Shown one piece after another: positions 38,399 to 54,926 of a stretch of 64,000 nucleotides of DNA (its first letter is position 1; every line of letters starts with the position of its first letter). The notes beneath the pieces were generated by a model that saw only the letters and a list, made by a program, of their open reading frames with translations, was not told the DNA's origin and did not search any database. The translations under genes and the position numbers were made by a program. The DNA lies in the NCBI RefSeq assembly GCF_024502345.1, contig NZ_JALDNN010000001.1. One strand, given 5' to 3'. This DNA is from Escherichia coli (GTDB taxonomy: Bacteria > Pseudomonadota > Gammaproteobacteria > Enterobacterales > Enterobacteriaceae).

Positions 38399-38890
38399 CT
38401 ACGCTTCATCCGGAGTACCTTCGGTATCCGTAATGATTTGATACAGCTCTTCATCGCTCTGGGCTGCGCGTAAACGGCGGCAGATGGTTTTGTCCGCCAG
38501 ACGTTTCGCCACCAGCGACAGAGTATGCAGGTGCGTTTTAGTTTGGTCTGCCGGCACCAGCAGGGCAAAAAGTAAGTCCACCGGTTGGTTGTCGATGGCA
38601 TCGAAAGCTATAGGCGTTTCGAGCTGAACGAAAACGCCAACGGCGCGCAGAGTATCTTCTTCCAGTTTGCCATGCGGAATGGCAATACCATTGCCGATAC
38701 CGGTACTGCCCATTTTTTCCCGCGTCAGGATAGCTTCAAAAACCACCTGAGGCGGCAGGCTAAGTTGTTTCGCCGCCAGCTCGCTGATGATTTCCAGGGC
38801 GCGTTTTTTGCTCTGACAGTGGACGCGGCTTCGCGTACATTCCCTGTTAAGAACACTGCTAAGCTGTAGAGTTGTATCATTATTTGTCAT
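38399..38890 (-). CDS. ptsN: nitrogen PTS EIIA(Ntr)
   Basis: 163 aa from MTNNDTTLQLSSVLNREC... Confidence 0.93.
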   Translation of the reverse strand: MTNNDTTLQLSSVLNRECTRSRVHCQSKKRALEIISELAAKQLSLPPQVVFEAILTREKMGSTGIGNGIAIPHGKLEEDTLRAVGVFVQLETPIAFDAIDNQPVDLLFALLVPADQTKTHLHTLSLVAKRLADKTICRRLRAAQSDEELYQIITDTEGTPDEA

Positions 38891-39007
38891 AATTTCACCT
38901 AAGAACCTGCCCACTCAAACAGTGGAACAGGCTCGGAGCATTAACCGTACAAATGGCCCGTTGTGCCGCACAACAGGCCGCCATGCACATGCTAATTGCC
39001 CGGACAA

Positions 39008-39295
39008 TTAGTGTTGTTTCAGTTTATCTTTATGTTTGGTCAACTGGCGTGCCAGCTTATCAATTAAGCCATCAATGGCAGCGTACATGTCCTGACCTTC
39101 CGCGCTGGCATGAATTTCACCACCGTTTACATGCAGTGTTGCATCTGAGGTGTGGGTGACTTTCTCCACTTTCAGAACAACATAGACCTGGTTGATTCGG
39201 TCAAAATATTGCTCAAGTTTGGCAAATTTGGCTGTAACAAATTCGCGCAGTGCCTCGGTGATCTCGACGTTATTTCCGGTAATGTTGAGCTGCAT
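39008..39295 (-). CDS. hpf: ribosome hibernation promoting factor
   Basis: 95 aa from MQLNITGNNVEITEALREFV... Confidence 0.93.
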   Translation of the reverse strand: MQLNITGNNVEITEALREFVTAKFAKLEQYFDRINQVYVVLKVEKVTHTSDATLHVNGGEIHASAEGQDMYAAIDGLIDKLARQLTKHKDKLKQH

Positions 39296-39317
39296 AGTGT
39301 CTTCCTTATCGGTTGGG

Positions 39318-40751
39318 TCAAACGAGCTGTTTACGCTGGTTTGACGGCGGAATGGATAAAGACTCTCGGTACTTCGCAACAGTGCGGCGTGCCACCATGA
39401 TACCTTGTTCCGACAGCAAAGAGGTTAACTTGCTGTCGCTCAACGGTTTCGCTGGGTTTTCCGCCGCGATTAATTTCTTCACCAGCGCACGAATCGCCGT
39501 GGAGGAAGCTTCGCCGCCGCCCTCGGTATTGACGTGACTGGAAAAGAAATACTTCAGTTCAAAAATGCCTCGTGGACTATGCAGGTATTTTTGCGTGGTC
39601 ACGCGAGATATCGTCGATTCATGCATTTCGACAGCCTGGGCGATATCGGCCAGTACCATCGGTTTCATATATTCTTCACCTTGCTCAAAGAAGGCTTGCT
39701 GCTGTTCAACGATACAGCGACTCACGCGCAGTAGCGTATCGTTACGGCTTTCCAGACTCTTGATCAACCATTTGGCATCCTGCAGATTGCTGCGGATAAA
39801 CTGGCTGTCACCATCGTTGCGCGCGTTATTGCACATCGAGGCGTAGTGCTGGTTGATTTGCAGACGCGGAATGCTGTCACTGTTGAGTTCTACCGTCCAG
39901 TGACCGTTATGCTTACGCACCAGCACATCTGGAATGACATACTCAGGTTCGCCAGTCTGGATCGACTGCCCGGGGCGCGGATCGAGCGACTGGATCAGAT
40001 TGACGGCTTCTTTCAGCACATCTTCTTTCAGACGCGTGACGCGCATTAAAGTGCGGAAGTCGTGATTGGCTAACAGATCGAGATGATCGCTAATGATCAG
40101 TCTGGCCTCTTCCAGCCACGGCGTGGTTTTATCGAATTGGGAGAGTTGGATTAGCAGGCAGTCACGCAGATCTTTTGCCGCTACACCGACCGGATCAAAC
40201 CGTTGGATCCGCTTAAGGACGGCTTCAACCTCGTCGATGTCGATCTCTTCATCGCCCATACTTTCGAGAATATCTTCCAGCGGGACAGTCAGATAACCGG
40301 TGTCATCAACGGCATCGACGATAGAGGTAGCAATAGCGCGGTCAGTGTCGGAAAACGGTGTCAGCTCGACCTGCCACATCAGGTAATCCTGCAAGGTCTG
40401 CGTCGTTTCGCCCTGATAGACCGGCAGCTCATCGTCAATGTAGTCACCGCTGGTGCCGGATGGTGTACCAGCGGTGTAAATGGTGTCCCAACTGGCATCG
40501 AGCGGCAGCTCTTCCGGCATCTCTTTTTGTTCGAGCGCGTCGGCGGTGTCCAGCGTTTCACTGTCTTGCGTTTCGCGGGTGTCGATTTCTTCATGAGTGT
40601 CGATTTGCTCAAGCAGCGGATTACTCTCCAGCGCCTGCTGTAGCTCCTGCTGAAGTTCCAGCGTCGACAACTGCAACAGACGAATTGCCTGTTGAAGCTG
40701 TGGCGTCATCGCCAGTTGTTGGCTAAGCCTGAGTTGCAAACCTTGCTTCAT
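39318..40751 (-). CDS. rpoN: RNA polymerase sigma-54 factor
   Basis: ORF track 477 aa; C-terminal RpoN box [10 protein letters not shown]. Confidence 0.96.
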   Translation of the reverse strand: MKQGLQLRLSQQLAMTPQLQQAIRLLQLSTLELQQELQQALESNPLLEQIDTHEEIDTRETQDSETLDTADALEQKEMPEELPLDASWDTIYTAGTPSGTSGDYIDDELPVYQGETTQTLQDYLMWQVELTPFSDTDRAIATSIVDAVDDTGYLTVPLEDILESMGDEEIDIDEVEAVLKRIQRFDPVGVAAKDLRDCLLIQLSQFDKTTPWLEEARLIISDHLDLLANHDFRTLMRVTRLKEDVLKEAVNLIQSLDPRPGQSIQTGEPEYVIPDVLVRKHNGHWTVELNSDSIPRLQINQHYASMCNNARNDGDSQFIRSNLQDAKWLIKSLESRNDTLLRVSRCIVEQQQAFFEQGEEYMKPMVLADIAQAVEMHESTISRVTTQKYLHSPRGIFELKYFFSSHVNTEGGGEASSTAIRALVKKLIAAENPAKPLSDSKLTSLLSEQGIMVARRTVAKYRESLSIPPSNQRKQLV

Positions 40752-40798
40752 GTTCAGAATCGTACTCTCCTGCTAAAACGTCGCAAACTTCTACCCTA

Positions 40799-41524
40799 TC
40801 AGAGTCTGAAGTCTTCCCCAAGGTATACACGCTTAACGTGTTCGTCTTGTAAGATTTCTGTAGGCGTGCCGTGGGCGATCAAATGCCCCTGACTGACGAT
40901 ATAAGCGCGTTCACAAACCGCCAGTGTTTCACGCACGTTGTGGTCAGTGATCAGCACGCCCAGGCCGCTGTCGCGCAGGTGCTCAATGATGCGTTTAATG
41001 TCGATAACCGAGATCGGGTCAACCCCGGCAAACGGTTCGTCGAGCAGAATAAATTTCGGATTCGCAGCCAGTGCGCGGGCAATTTCTACACGGCGACGTT
41101 CACCCCCGGAGAGTGACTGCCCCATGCTGTCACGCAGGTGCTCAATGTGAAACTCTTCCATCAGCTCGTTCGCGCGGTCTTCACGTTGTTCAGCAGACAA
41201 GTCGTCACGAATTTGCAGTACCGCCATCAGGTTATCGTAAACGCTGAGGCGACGGAAAATGGAGGCTTCCTGCGGCAGATATCCGATACCGCGGCGCGCG
41301 CGTGCATGCAGAGGCAGCAGACTGATATCGTCATCATCAATAATGATGTTGCCCGCATCGCGCGGCACAATGCCAACAACCATATAGAAAGTGGTGGTCT
41401 TACCGGCACCGTTTGGCCCCAGCAGACCGACAATTTCCCCGGAGTTGACGGTCAGGCTGACGTCTTCTACCACGCGACGGCCTTTATAGGCTTTTGCAAG
41501 GTTCTTTGCAGTTAATGTTGCCAT
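40799..41524 (-). CDS. lptB: LPS export ABC transporter ATPase LptB
   Basis: ORF track 241 aa; Walker [10 protein letters not shown]. Confidence 0.96.
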
Positions 41525-41530
41525 AACGAA

Positions 41531-42088
41531 TTAATTACCCTTCTTCTGTGCCGGGGTCTGGCCTTTGTTGTTTTTGTCCTGCAGCTGCGACGGCACCAGA
41601 ACGGTGGTTACGCGCTTGCCTTTGTCGCTGAAAGCCTGCATTTTCTGCTCTTTCACCAGGTAAGTGATCTTATCGCCCTTAATGTTGCTATCGACCTGCT
41701 GCAGATAAGCATTACCCGTCAGAACGACAAAATCTTTTGCCAGTTCGTAGTGCATCTGGGAAGCGTGACCTTCAACGGGTTTACCGTTGTCCTGCATCTG
41801 GTAGAACGTTGCCGGTTTACCGTAGCCGTCAATCACTTCTTTACCTTGTTCGCCACCCGGACGGGTAACGACCACTTTGTCGGCATTAATTTTGATGGTG
41901 CCCTGGGTGACGATGACATTACCGGTAAAGGTAACCACGTTGCCTTGCATATCAAGAGATTGCTGGTCCGATTCAATGTGGATCGGCTGATCAGTGTCTC
42001 CGGTTACGGCAAATGCCGGAATGCTGGCGGCCAGAAGTGAGCTGGCAAGCACAAGATTAAGGCTGAGTTTGTTTGTTTTGAATTTCAT
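41531..42088 (-). CDS. lptA: LPS transport periplasmic protein LptA
   Basis: 185 aa from MKFKTNKLSLNLVLASSLLAASIPAFA signal peptide. Confidence 0.94.
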   Translation of the reverse strand: MKFKTNKLSLNLVLASSLLAASIPAFAVTGDTDQPIHIESDQQSLDMQGNVVTFTGNVIVTQGTIKINADKVVVTRPGGEQGKEVIDGYGKPATFYQMQDNGKPVEGHASQMHYELAKDFVVLTGNAYLQQVDSNIKGDKITYLVKEQKMQAFSDKGKRVTTVLVPSQLQDKNNKGQTPAQKKGN

Positions 42089-42632
42089 AGGATGTTCTAA
42101 CCTTTTCAATCAGCTCGGCGTTCTTGCTGCGTAAGTTGCCGCGCATTTTCAGACCGCTGGAGTTAAATGTTGTTCCGTATAACGTGACGAGGTCTTCAGA
42201 GGTAACATCCTGCGTCACCAGATTGATCTGCGCGTTATCCGTCGTGATTCTGCGAAGTTGAGAGTCCGGCACAAGTGCGTTGACTTCAACGTGTCCATAT
42301 AAATAGAGCATCCGGTCATTGGTCAGCTTGGCTTTATCTGCTTTTACGGACCATGTCGGGATTTTATCCTTATCAAACGTGGTAAGTACCGGCTGCGTAA
42401 ACCACGAAACGGCCTGATCGGAATAATATTCAACGTGTTGAGCAATCAATCGATAGCTTAGTGCCCCTTCTGGGTTATAGACGAGCGTGTCCGTATGCTC
42501 GCTTTTATAGGTGGGATCATTGTTGTTGACGACCACCTGGGCGGTATCGTCTTTTTCGGCCATATTAATGCCGATCATCACCAGAACCGCCAGTGATAGC
42601 ACAATGATAACCCAACGTCTGGCTTTACTCAT
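42057..42632 (-). CDS. lptC: LPS export protein LptC
   Basis: ORF track 191 aa, N-terminal TM anchor. Confidence 0.93.
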   Translation of the reverse strand: MSKARRWVIIVLSLAVLVMIGINMAEKDDTAQVVVNNNDPTYKSEHTDTLVYNPEGALSYRLIAQHVEYYSDQAVSWFTQPVLTTFDKDKIPTWSVKADKAKLTNDRMLYLYGHVEVNALVPDSQLRRITTDNAQINLVTQDVTSEDLVTLYGTTFNSSGLKMRGNLRSKNAELIEKVRTSYEIQNKQTQP

Positions 42633-43195
42633 ATCGATTGCCCTTTGGCTTCATCCAGTTTGCCCCGCGCCAGGAGTAATAAGTCGCAAACTTCGCGCAC
42701 TGCGCCACGACCGCCAGCAATGCGCGTCACGTAATCGGCGCGCGGGATCAACAGTGGATGCGCATCGGCCACGGCGACGCTTAAACCCACTTTTTCCATT
42801 ACCGGCCAGTCGATGAGATCATCGCCGACATAAGCCACATTTTCTGGGGCAATCGCCAATTTTTCCAGCAGATCGCTAAAGGCGATCAGTTTGTTTGACT
42901 GCCCCTGATACAAGTGAGTGATCCCCAATGTGGCACAACGATCTTCTACCAGTTTAGCCTTTCGCCCGGTAATGATAGCGACTTCAATATCAGAGGTGAG
43001 CGCACAACGAATGCCATAACCGTCACGAACATTGAACGCTTTCAGCTCTTCGCCGTTATTGCCCATATAAATCAGGCCATCTGACAGTACGCCATCAACG
43101 TCGAGGATTAGCAGACGAATGTTCTCTGCTTTTGCTATAACGTCGGCGCTGACAGGGCCGTAACAGGTCGCAAGCGACGCACCTGCTTTGCTCAT
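42629..43195 (-). CDS. kdsC: KDO 8-phosphate phosphatase
   Basis: ORF track 188 aa, HAD family. Confidence 0.94.
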   Translation of the reverse strand: MSKAGASLATCYGPVSADVIAKAENIRLLILDVDGVLSDGLIYMGNNGEELKAFNVRDGYGIRCALTSDIEVAIITGRKAKLVEDRCATLGITHLYQGQSNKLIAFSDLLEKLAIAPENVAYVGDDLIDWPVMEKVGLSVAVADAHPLLIPRADYVTRIAGGRGAVREVCDLLLLARGKLDEAKGQSI

Positions 43196-43215
43196 TGTTG
43201 TTTATCCTTGAATCT

Positions 43216-44202
43216 TTACACTACGCCTGCACGCAGTAAATCATGCATATGTAACACACCGAGTAAATGGTCGCCATCGGCAACCATCACGGAGGTGATA
43301 TGGCGGGACTGCATTAAGTTCAGTGCCTCAACGGCCAGAATGCCAGGGCGCACGCGTATTCCCCCCGGCGTCATCACATCGGCAATACTTAACTGACGAA
43401 CATCCACGCCCATATCGAAGACACGGCGTAAATCACCGTCGGTAAAGATGCCTTCAATCATCATATTGTCATCGCAAATGACAGTCATACCAAGATTTTT
43501 GCGGGTAACTTCCAGCAACGCGTCACGCAGACTGGCCGTTTTCTTAACATGCGGGATCTCATCGCCCGTATGCATAATATCGTTTACGCGCAGCAGAAGT
43601 TTACGACCCAGTGCGCCGCCTGGGTGTGAGAGCGCAAAATCTTCAGCAGTAAAGCCGCGTGCTTTTAACAGCGCGACAGCGAGGGCATCGCCCATAACCA
43701 GCGTGGCGGTGGTGCTGCTGGTCGGTGCCAGCCCTAACGGACAGGCTTCTTTCGCTACTTTAACACACAGATGCACATCTGCGGCGCGCGCCATGCTGCT
43801 CTCCGGGCGACCGGTGATGCAGATTAACGGTACGTGAAGACGCTTAAGCACTGGAATTAAGGCAGTGATTTCGCTGGATTCACCTGAGTTAGAGATAGCA
43901 ATCACCACATCCTGTGGGGTGACCATGCCTAAATCACCATGCGCGGCTTCACCAGGATGGACGAAAAATGAAGGTGTACCGGTGCTGGCAAACGTTGCGG
44001 CCATTTTGCGCCCGATGTGCCCCGATTTCCCCATCCCCATGACGACAACTTTCCCTTTACACCAGAACATCTTTTCACAGGCAAGCGTGAAATTCTGATT
44101 GATGTATTGATCAAGCTCCGCCAGGCATTCACGTTCAATCGCCAGGACTTCTTTACCTGCTTGCTGAAAGTCAAAACCCGGTTGTAACTCTACGTGCGAC
44201 AT
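43216..44202 (-). CDS. kdsD: D-arabinose 5-phosphate isomerase
   Basis: 328 aa from MSHVELQPGFDFQQAGKEVL...; SIS plus tandem CBS domains. Confidence 0.94.
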   Translation of the reverse strand: MSHVELQPGFDFQQAGKEVLAIERECLAELDQYINQNFTLACEKMFWCKGKVVVMGMGKSGHIGRKMAATFASTGTPSFFVHPGEAAHGDLGMVTPQDVVIAISNSGESSEITALIPVLKRLHVPLICITGRPESSMARAADVHLCVKVAKEACPLGLAPTSSTTATLVMGDALAVALLKARGFTAEDFALSHPGGALGRKLLLRVNDIMHTGDEIPHVKKTASLRDALLEVTRKNLGMTVICDDNMMIEGIFTDGDLRRVFDMGVDVRQLSIADVMTPGGIRVRPGILAVEALNLMQSRHITSVMVADGDHLLGVLHMHDLLRAGVV

Positions 44203-44215
44203 AATGCGTTTCCAG

Positions 44216-45193
44216 TTATTCAACGAGTATTGGCGATAACCAGTACAACATCGCCAGCCATACGATAAATCCGCCAGTTAATAATACCCCTACACCACGG
44301 CCCGGTTGCGGGGAGCGCCGCCAGCACAGCAACGCAAAAATAATGCTCACCAGCAACATCACGCTGTAGTCACGACTGTACGCCAGTGGATCAATCTCTC
44401 CTGGCGTTATCAGCGCGGGTAAACCCAACACGATGACAATATTAAAAATGTTTGCGCCAATGATATTTCCGACAGCAATGTCGTTTTCACCTTTGCGAAC
44501 GCCCGCTATTGCGGTTGCCAGTTCCGGCAGGCTGGTTCCGATAGCAATTGCCGTCAGACCCATCGTCAACTCGCTGATGGCAAAGTAATTCGCCAGCACC
44601 GTGGCGTTATCAACCACCATCCGCGTGGCCACTGGCATGATGATAAGCGCAATGCCGAGCCATAAAAACGCGACGGGCAATCCGCCGTCACGCGGCAGCT
44701 CTGCAAGCTGCTCTCTGGTCAGGCTGTCAGTCCCCTGACGTTCAGCCTGACGTGCAAGTTTAACAATGAACAGCAGCCATAGCACAGCCAGAAAGAGGAG
44801 AAAGATACCATCGCTGCGACTAAGTTGTCCGTCATAGAGTACGGAACCGGCCACCACGCTGACCAACAACATTAAGGGTAATTCACGGCGTAGAACATCA
44901 GAATGGACGGTAAAAGGACGAACCAGCGCAGCCAGACCGAGGATCAGCAATATATTGATAATGTTTGAGCCGAGGGCTGTACCAACGGCTAAATCGCGTT
45001 GTTCGTGCAGAGACGCGGCAAGCGAGACGATGATTTCTGGTAACGATGTACCAATACTGACCACCGTCATGCCGATGATCAGCGGCGGGATGCCAAAGGT
45101 TCGGCAAAGAATAGACGCGGCAAAAACCAGGCGGTCGGCACTGTAAACGACCAAAAGTAAACCAACAATTAACAGTGCCGTAGCTAAAAGCAT
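44216..45193 (-). CDS. yrbG: YrbG, Ca2+/Na+ antiporter family membrane protein
   Basis: ORF track 325 aa, polytopic. Confidence 0.9.
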   Translation of the reverse strand: MLLATALLIVGLLLVVYSADRLVFAASILCRTFGIPPLIIGMTVVSIGTSLPEIIVSLAASLHEQRDLAVGTALGSNIINILLILGLAALVRPFTVHSDVLRRELPLMLLVSVVAGSVLYDGQLSRSDGIFLLFLAVLWLLFIVKLARQAERQGTDSLTREQLAELPRDGGLPVAFLWLGIALIIMPVATRMVVDNATVLANYFAISELTMGLTAIAIGTSLPELATAIAGVRKGENDIAVGNIIGANIFNIVIVLGLPALITPGEIDPLAYSRDYSVMLLVSIIFALLCWRRSPQPGRGVGVLLTGGFIVWLAMLYWLSPILVE

Positions 45194-45402
45194 CTAACGT
45201 CCTTTCTTCAGGTATACTCGCCGGTCCGCTGAAGATTTTCAGAAAGCCGTAACGGATTCTTAATTTTGACTTTATGCGGCTAAAAAGTAAAACAAATGCC
45301 AGCTTTCGCTAACCACGGCGGGTAATATTCTGTAAATATGTTGGGTTCAAGGTTAAATTGAGCGCCATGCTTAGAAAATCAACGCAAGACGAAGGGTGAA
45401 TT

Positions 45403-47002
<1,600 letters not shown>

Positions 47003-47006
47003 GTTC

Positions 47007-47558
47007 ATGCAAACGAAAAAAAATGAAATTTGGGTGGGTATCTTTTTATTAGCAGCACTACTGGCGGCGCTGTTTGTTTGCCTGAAGGCGGCGAACGTGA
47101 CGTCCATACGTACTGAACCGACCTATACGCTTTATGCGACGTTCGATAACATTGGCGGCCTGAAAGCGCGCTCTCCGGTCAGTATTGGTGGCGTTGTTGT
47201 GGGCCGGGTGGCGGATATTACGCTGGACCCGAAAACCTATCTGCCGCGCGTAACGCTGGAAATTGAACAACGTTATAACCACATTCCTGATACCAGTTCG
47301 CTGAGCATTCGTACTTCCGGCCTGCTGGGGGAACAATATCTGGCATTAAACGTTGGTTTTGAAGACCCGGAACTGGGGACTGCTATCCTGAAGGATGGCG
47401 ATACAATTCAGGACACCAAGTCTGCGATGGTGCTGGAAGATCTCATTGGTCAGTTCCTTTACGGTAGTAAAGGCGATGACAATAAGAATAGTGGCGATGC
47501 GCCAGCTGCTGCGCCAGGTAATAATGAAACCACTGAACCTGTGGGTACAACGAAATAA
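47007..47558 (+). CDS. mlaD: MCE-domain phospholipid-binding protein MlaD
   Basis: 183 aa from MQTKKNEIWVGIFLL... Confidence 0.94.
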   Translation: MQTKKNEIWVGIFLLAALLAALFVCLKAANVTSIRTEPTYTLYATFDNIGGLKARSPVSIGGVVVGRVADITLDPKTYLPRVTLEIEQRYNHIPDTSSLSIRTSGLLGEQYLALNVGFEDPELGTAILKDGDTIQDTKSAMVLEDLIGQFLYGSKGDDNKNSGDAPAAAPGNNETTEPVGTTK

Positions 47559-48211
<653 letters not shown>

Positions 48212-48212
<1 letters not shown>

Positions 48213-48505
48213 TGAGCGAGTCACTGAGCTGGATGCAGACGGGTGACACGCTGGCGTTATCCGGAGAGCTGGATCAGGACGTTCTGCTACCGCTTTGGGA
48301 AATGCGTGAGGAAGCGGTGAAGGGGGTTACCTGCATCGATCTTAGCCGTGTGTCCCGCGTGGATACGGGGGGACTGGCACTGCTGCTCCATCTTATCGAT
48401 CTGGCGAAAAAGCAGGGCAACAATGTGACGCTTCAGGGGGTAAACGACAAAGTGTATACCCTGGCGAAATTGTATAATTTGCCTGCTGATGTTCTGCCTC
48501 GTTAA
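48212..48505 (+). CDS. mlaB: STAS-domain protein MlaB
   Basis: 97 aa from MSESLSWMQTGDTLALSGELD...; ATG at 48212 overlaps the mlaC stop. Confidence 0.9.
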
Positions 48506-48664
48506 ATTTTTTCAGGCCGGATATGGCGTTAACCGCCTGTCCGGCAAACCTGCCTGCAAGTCGAGCCTTGTCTGATTTATCAGCGAGGCTTTTTGCTTAT
48601 TTATGCCAGCGCAACTTTGCTCTAAGATGTTTCGCTGGTTTATTAACTGATGATTGAAGATCCC

Positions 48665-48919
48665 ATGGAAAATAATGAAATTCAGAGCGTGTTGATGAAC
48701 GCTCTCTCCCTCCAGGAAGTCCACGTTTCCGGCGATGGCAGCCACTTTCAGGTTATTGCCGTGGGTGAGTTGTTTGACGGCATGAGTCGGGTTAAAAAAC
48801 AGCAGACGGTCTATGGTCCGCTGATGGAATATATTGCGGATAACCGCATTCATGCTGTGTCGATCAAAGCGTATACCCCTGCGGAGTGGGCGCGCGATCG
48901 CAAACTGAACGGCTTTTGA
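48665..48919 (+). CDS. ibaG: BolA-family acid stress protein IbaG (YrbA)
   Basis: 84 aa from [21 protein letters not shown]... Confidence 0.9.
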
Positions 48920-48973
48920 GCTATGGGCGATTCGCCGGTAGCGGATATGAATTGTTAACTGAGAACAAACTAA

Positions 48974-50233
<1,260 letters not shown>

Positions 50234-50280
50234 TCGTCTGAAAGCTGGCAGCCCCGTACGCGGGGCTACCGCCAGACCAC

Positions 50281-50559
50281 TCATTTTTTCGGTTTAGTGT
50301 AGCTACGCATCAACTGCGTTCTGTCGATAAACTCATGGGTCTGCGGATCATGGTAGCGTGATGGCCAGATAACCCAGGGGTCAGTTCCCAGGGCCTTCGC
50401 AATAATCATCTCTCCTTTCGGCCATGGGCGCGATAATGCATTCGCCAGCGTTGAGGAACTCAAACCATTTCTGCGAGATTCCGCCGCCATTGACGTTCCC
50501 TTCTTGCGCAAACCCGCAATGATGTCAGCGGGATGCCAGTCAATGAAATTACTTTCCAT
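50281..50559 (-). CDS. sfsB: Ner-like DNA-binding regulator SfsB (Nlp)
   Basis: ORF track 92 aa. Confidence 0.88.
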   Translation of the reverse strand: MESNFIDWHPADIIAGLRKKGTSMAAESRRNGLSSSTLANALSRPWPKGEMIIAKALGTDPWVIWPSRYHDPQTHEFIDRTQLMRSYTKPKK

Positions 50560-50787
50560 CTTTCCTCACTCCTTAAGTTAGTCGCTTTCATTCAGAACAC
50601 TTCTTCTGTCGAGCATCACTATACTCCTGATGGCCGATTGCTCTAAAAAGTTCCTGTAAAGAGTGTGAATATTCAGAATATATAAAGATGTATACACTGG
50701 TTTTTCAGTGCATTATTACGCTGAATAAGTATTCTTATGGAGTTTACTGGAATCATCCCGCGCACTGCGCGGGATGAGGGGAGGGGA

Positions 50788-51759
50788 TTAACGATCGCGT
50801 TGAACAGCGATGTGCGCGAGGCCGATGAGTGCTTCTCGCCAAGGGGTGTCCGGGAGCACCTGTAACGCTGCGATGGCTTTGTCTGCTTCTTCCTCGGCGC
50901 GCTGACGCGTCCATTCAAGAGATCCACAAGCGTTCATTGCTTCCAGAACCGGTTCCAGAAGATGGCGACCGTTACCCTGTTCGATGGCGGTACGGATCAT
51001 CTGTGCCTGTTCTGGTGTGCCATGATGCATCGCATGCAGCAGCGGCAGCGTCGGTTTACCTTCGTTCAGATCGTCGCCGACGTTTTTACCTAACTGTTCG
51101 CCATCGGCATTGTAATCGAGTAAATCGTCGATCAACTGGAAAGCAGTGCCGAGATAGCGCCCATAATCCTGCAGGCCTTTCTCCTCCTCCGGCGTACAGC
51201 CAGCCAGAATTCCGGAACACTGCGCGGCAGCCTCAAACAGACGCGCGGTTTTGCTATAGATAACGCGCATGTAGTTTTCTTCAGTGATGTCCGGATCGTT
51301 AACATTCATCAGTTGCAGAACTTCACCTTCTGCGATGACGTTTACGGCTTCTGACATGACTTCCAGCACTTTGAGTGAACCGAGGCTGGTCATCATCTGG
51401 AAAGCGCGGGTATAAATAAAATCGCCTACCAGCACGCTGGCGGCATTGCCAAATGCGGCGTTGGCGGTAGCTTTACCCCTGCGCATATCTGATTCATCCA
51501 CAACGTCGTCGTGCAGCAGAGTCGCCGTGTGGATAAACTCGATCAGGGCAGCAATGGTGACATGCGCATTTCCCTCATAGCCAACAGCTCGTGCAGCCAG
51601 TACAGCAATCATCGGACGAATACGTTTACCGCCGCCGCTGACGATGTAATAGCCTAACTGATTGATCAGTTGGACGTCGGAATTAAGCTGCTCAAGGATT
51701 GCCGCATTAACACCCGCCATATCTTGCGCGGTTAACTCATTGATTTTTTCTAAATTCAT
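50788..51759 (-). CDS. ispB: octaprenyl diphosphate synthase
   Basis: ORF track 323 aa; DDxxD motifs DDVVDESD and DDLLD. Confidence 0.95.
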   Translation of the reverse strand: MNLEKINELTAQDMAGVNAAILEQLNSDVQLINQLGYYIVSGGGKRIRPMIAVLAARAVGYEGNAHVTIAALIEFIHTATLLHDDVVDESDMRRGKATANAAFGNAASVLVGDFIYTRAFQMMTSLGSLKVLEVMSEAVNVIAEGEVLQLMNVNDPDITEENYMRVIYSKTARLFEAAAQCSGILAGCTPEEEKGLQDYGRYLGTAFQLIDDLLDYNADGEQLGKNVGDDLNEGKPTLPLLHAMHHGTPEQAQMIRTAIEQGNGRHLLEPVLEAMNACGSLEWTRQRAEEEADKAIAALQVLPDTPWREALIGLAHIAVQRDR

Positions 51760-51981
51760 CGCAAAAGCCGGGCTTTTCGCCCCGATTACCTTACTGTGAA
51801 CAAAGGCAACTTAGGGTTTATGGTTAGGAATATAGGGTGATTGTACTGAAAAAATGGCACAGATAAACGTTACCGTACAAGTTGTGTTTTTTTTCTTCGT
51901 GTATTGACTGTAGCACTTGTCAAAGGCGTGCGTTTTGCGTAATATTCGCGCCCTATTGTGAATATTTATAGCGCACTCTGA

Positions 51982-52607
<626 letters not shown>

Positions 52608-52633
52608 GTTTTTCGCGTCCCGGTAACGGATGA

Positions 52634-52668
52634 AAGCCCCGCAACACGTTGCGGGGCTTTTTACATTC
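52634..52668 (+). terminator. Rho-independent terminator after rpmA
   Basis: gccccgcaacacgttgcggggc hairpin followed by T5. Confidence 0.7.
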
Positions 52669-52733
52669 GATAACCGGTAAAAATGCGCATGGTGCGACGT
52701 TAATCCGCAAATGCGCTTTGCAGGGAATACGGT

Positions 52734-53699
52734 ATGAAGCAGCAGGCAGGCATTGGCATTCTTTTGGCGCTCACCACAGCAATTTGCTGGGGGGCGTTGC
52801 CAATCGCAATGAAGCAGGTGCTGGAGGTGATGGAACCTCCGACAATCGTGTTTTACCGTTTCTTGATGGCGAGTATTGGCCTGGGTGCCATTCTTGCGGT
52901 GAAGAAGAGGTTGCCGCCATTACGCGTGTTTCGTAAGCCACGCTGGTTGATTTTGTTGGCAGTGGCGACCGCCGGGCTGTTTGGGAACTTCATCCTGTTC
53001 AGCTCATCCTTGCAATACCTGAGTCCGACCGCTTCGCAGGTGATTGGGCAACTCTCGCCAGTTGGCATGATGGTTGCCAGCGTATTTATCCTGAAAGAGA
53101 AAATGCGCAGCACTCAGGTTGTAGGGGCATTGATGCTCCTGAGCGGCCTGGTGATGTTTTTTAACACCAGTCTGGTCGAGATATTTACAAAGCTCACCGA
53201 TTACACCTGGGGAGTTATCTTTGGGGTCGGTGCGGCGACGGTTTGGGTGAGTTATGGCGTGGCGCAAAAGGTTTTATTGCGTCGGCTGGCCTCACCGCAG
53301 ATCCTGTTTTTACTGTACGCTTTATGTACAATTGCGCTCTTCCCTCTGGCAAAGCCTGGAGTGATAGCGCAGCTTAGCCACTGGCAGCTCGCATGTTTAA
53401 TTTTTTGCGGACTGAATACATTGGTAGGATATGGCGCCCTGGCGGAAGCGATGGCTCGCTGGCAGGCAGCGCAGGTGAGCGCGATCATCACGCTCACCCC
53501 ACTGTTTACGCTGTTTTTTTCAGATCTTTTATCACTGGCCTGGCCCGATTTCTTCGCCAGACCGATGTTAAACCTTTTAGGTTATCTCGGTGCGTTTGTC
53601 GTGGTTGCGGGCGCGATGTATTCCGCCATTGGTCATCGTATTTGGGGCGGATTACGTAAGCATACAACGGTGGTATCGCAACCCCGCGCAGGCGAATGA
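52734..53699 (+). CDS. yhbE: EamA/DMT-family inner membrane transporter YhbE
   Basis: ORF track 321 aa. Confidence 0.88.
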   Translation: MKQQAGIGILLALTTAICWGALPIAMKQVLEVMEPPTIVFYRFLMASIGLGAILAVKKRLPPLRVFRKPRWLILLAVATAGLFGNFILFSSSLQYLSPTASQVIGQLSPVGMMVASVFILKEKMRSTQVVGALMLLSGLVMFFNTSLVEIFTKLTDYTWGVIFGVGAATVWVSYGVAQKVLLRRLASPQILFLLYALCTIALFPLAKPGVIAQLSHWQLACLIFCGLNTLVGYGALAEAMARWQAAQVSAIITLTPLFTLFFSDLLSLAWPDFFARPMLNLLGYLGAFVVVAGAMYSAIGHRIWGGLRKHTTVVSQPRAGE

Positions 53700-54887
<1,188 letters not shown>

Positions 54888-54894
54888 TCAGCAA

Positions 54895-54924
54895 AACCCC
54901 GGCCATGTGCCGGGGTTTCTTTTT
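54895..54924. terminator. terminator hairpin between convergent obgE and dacB
   Basis: ccccggccatgtgccgggg hairpin followed by a T-rich run. Confidence 0.7.
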
Positions 54925-54926
54925 GA

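Noticed and set aside
48517-48551. Degenerate REP-like palindrome (gccggatatggcg..ccgcctgtccggc) between mlaB and ibaG
   Set aside because: Only a partial match to the REP consensus; it may just be the mlaB terminator hairpin, so I did not list it as a feature.
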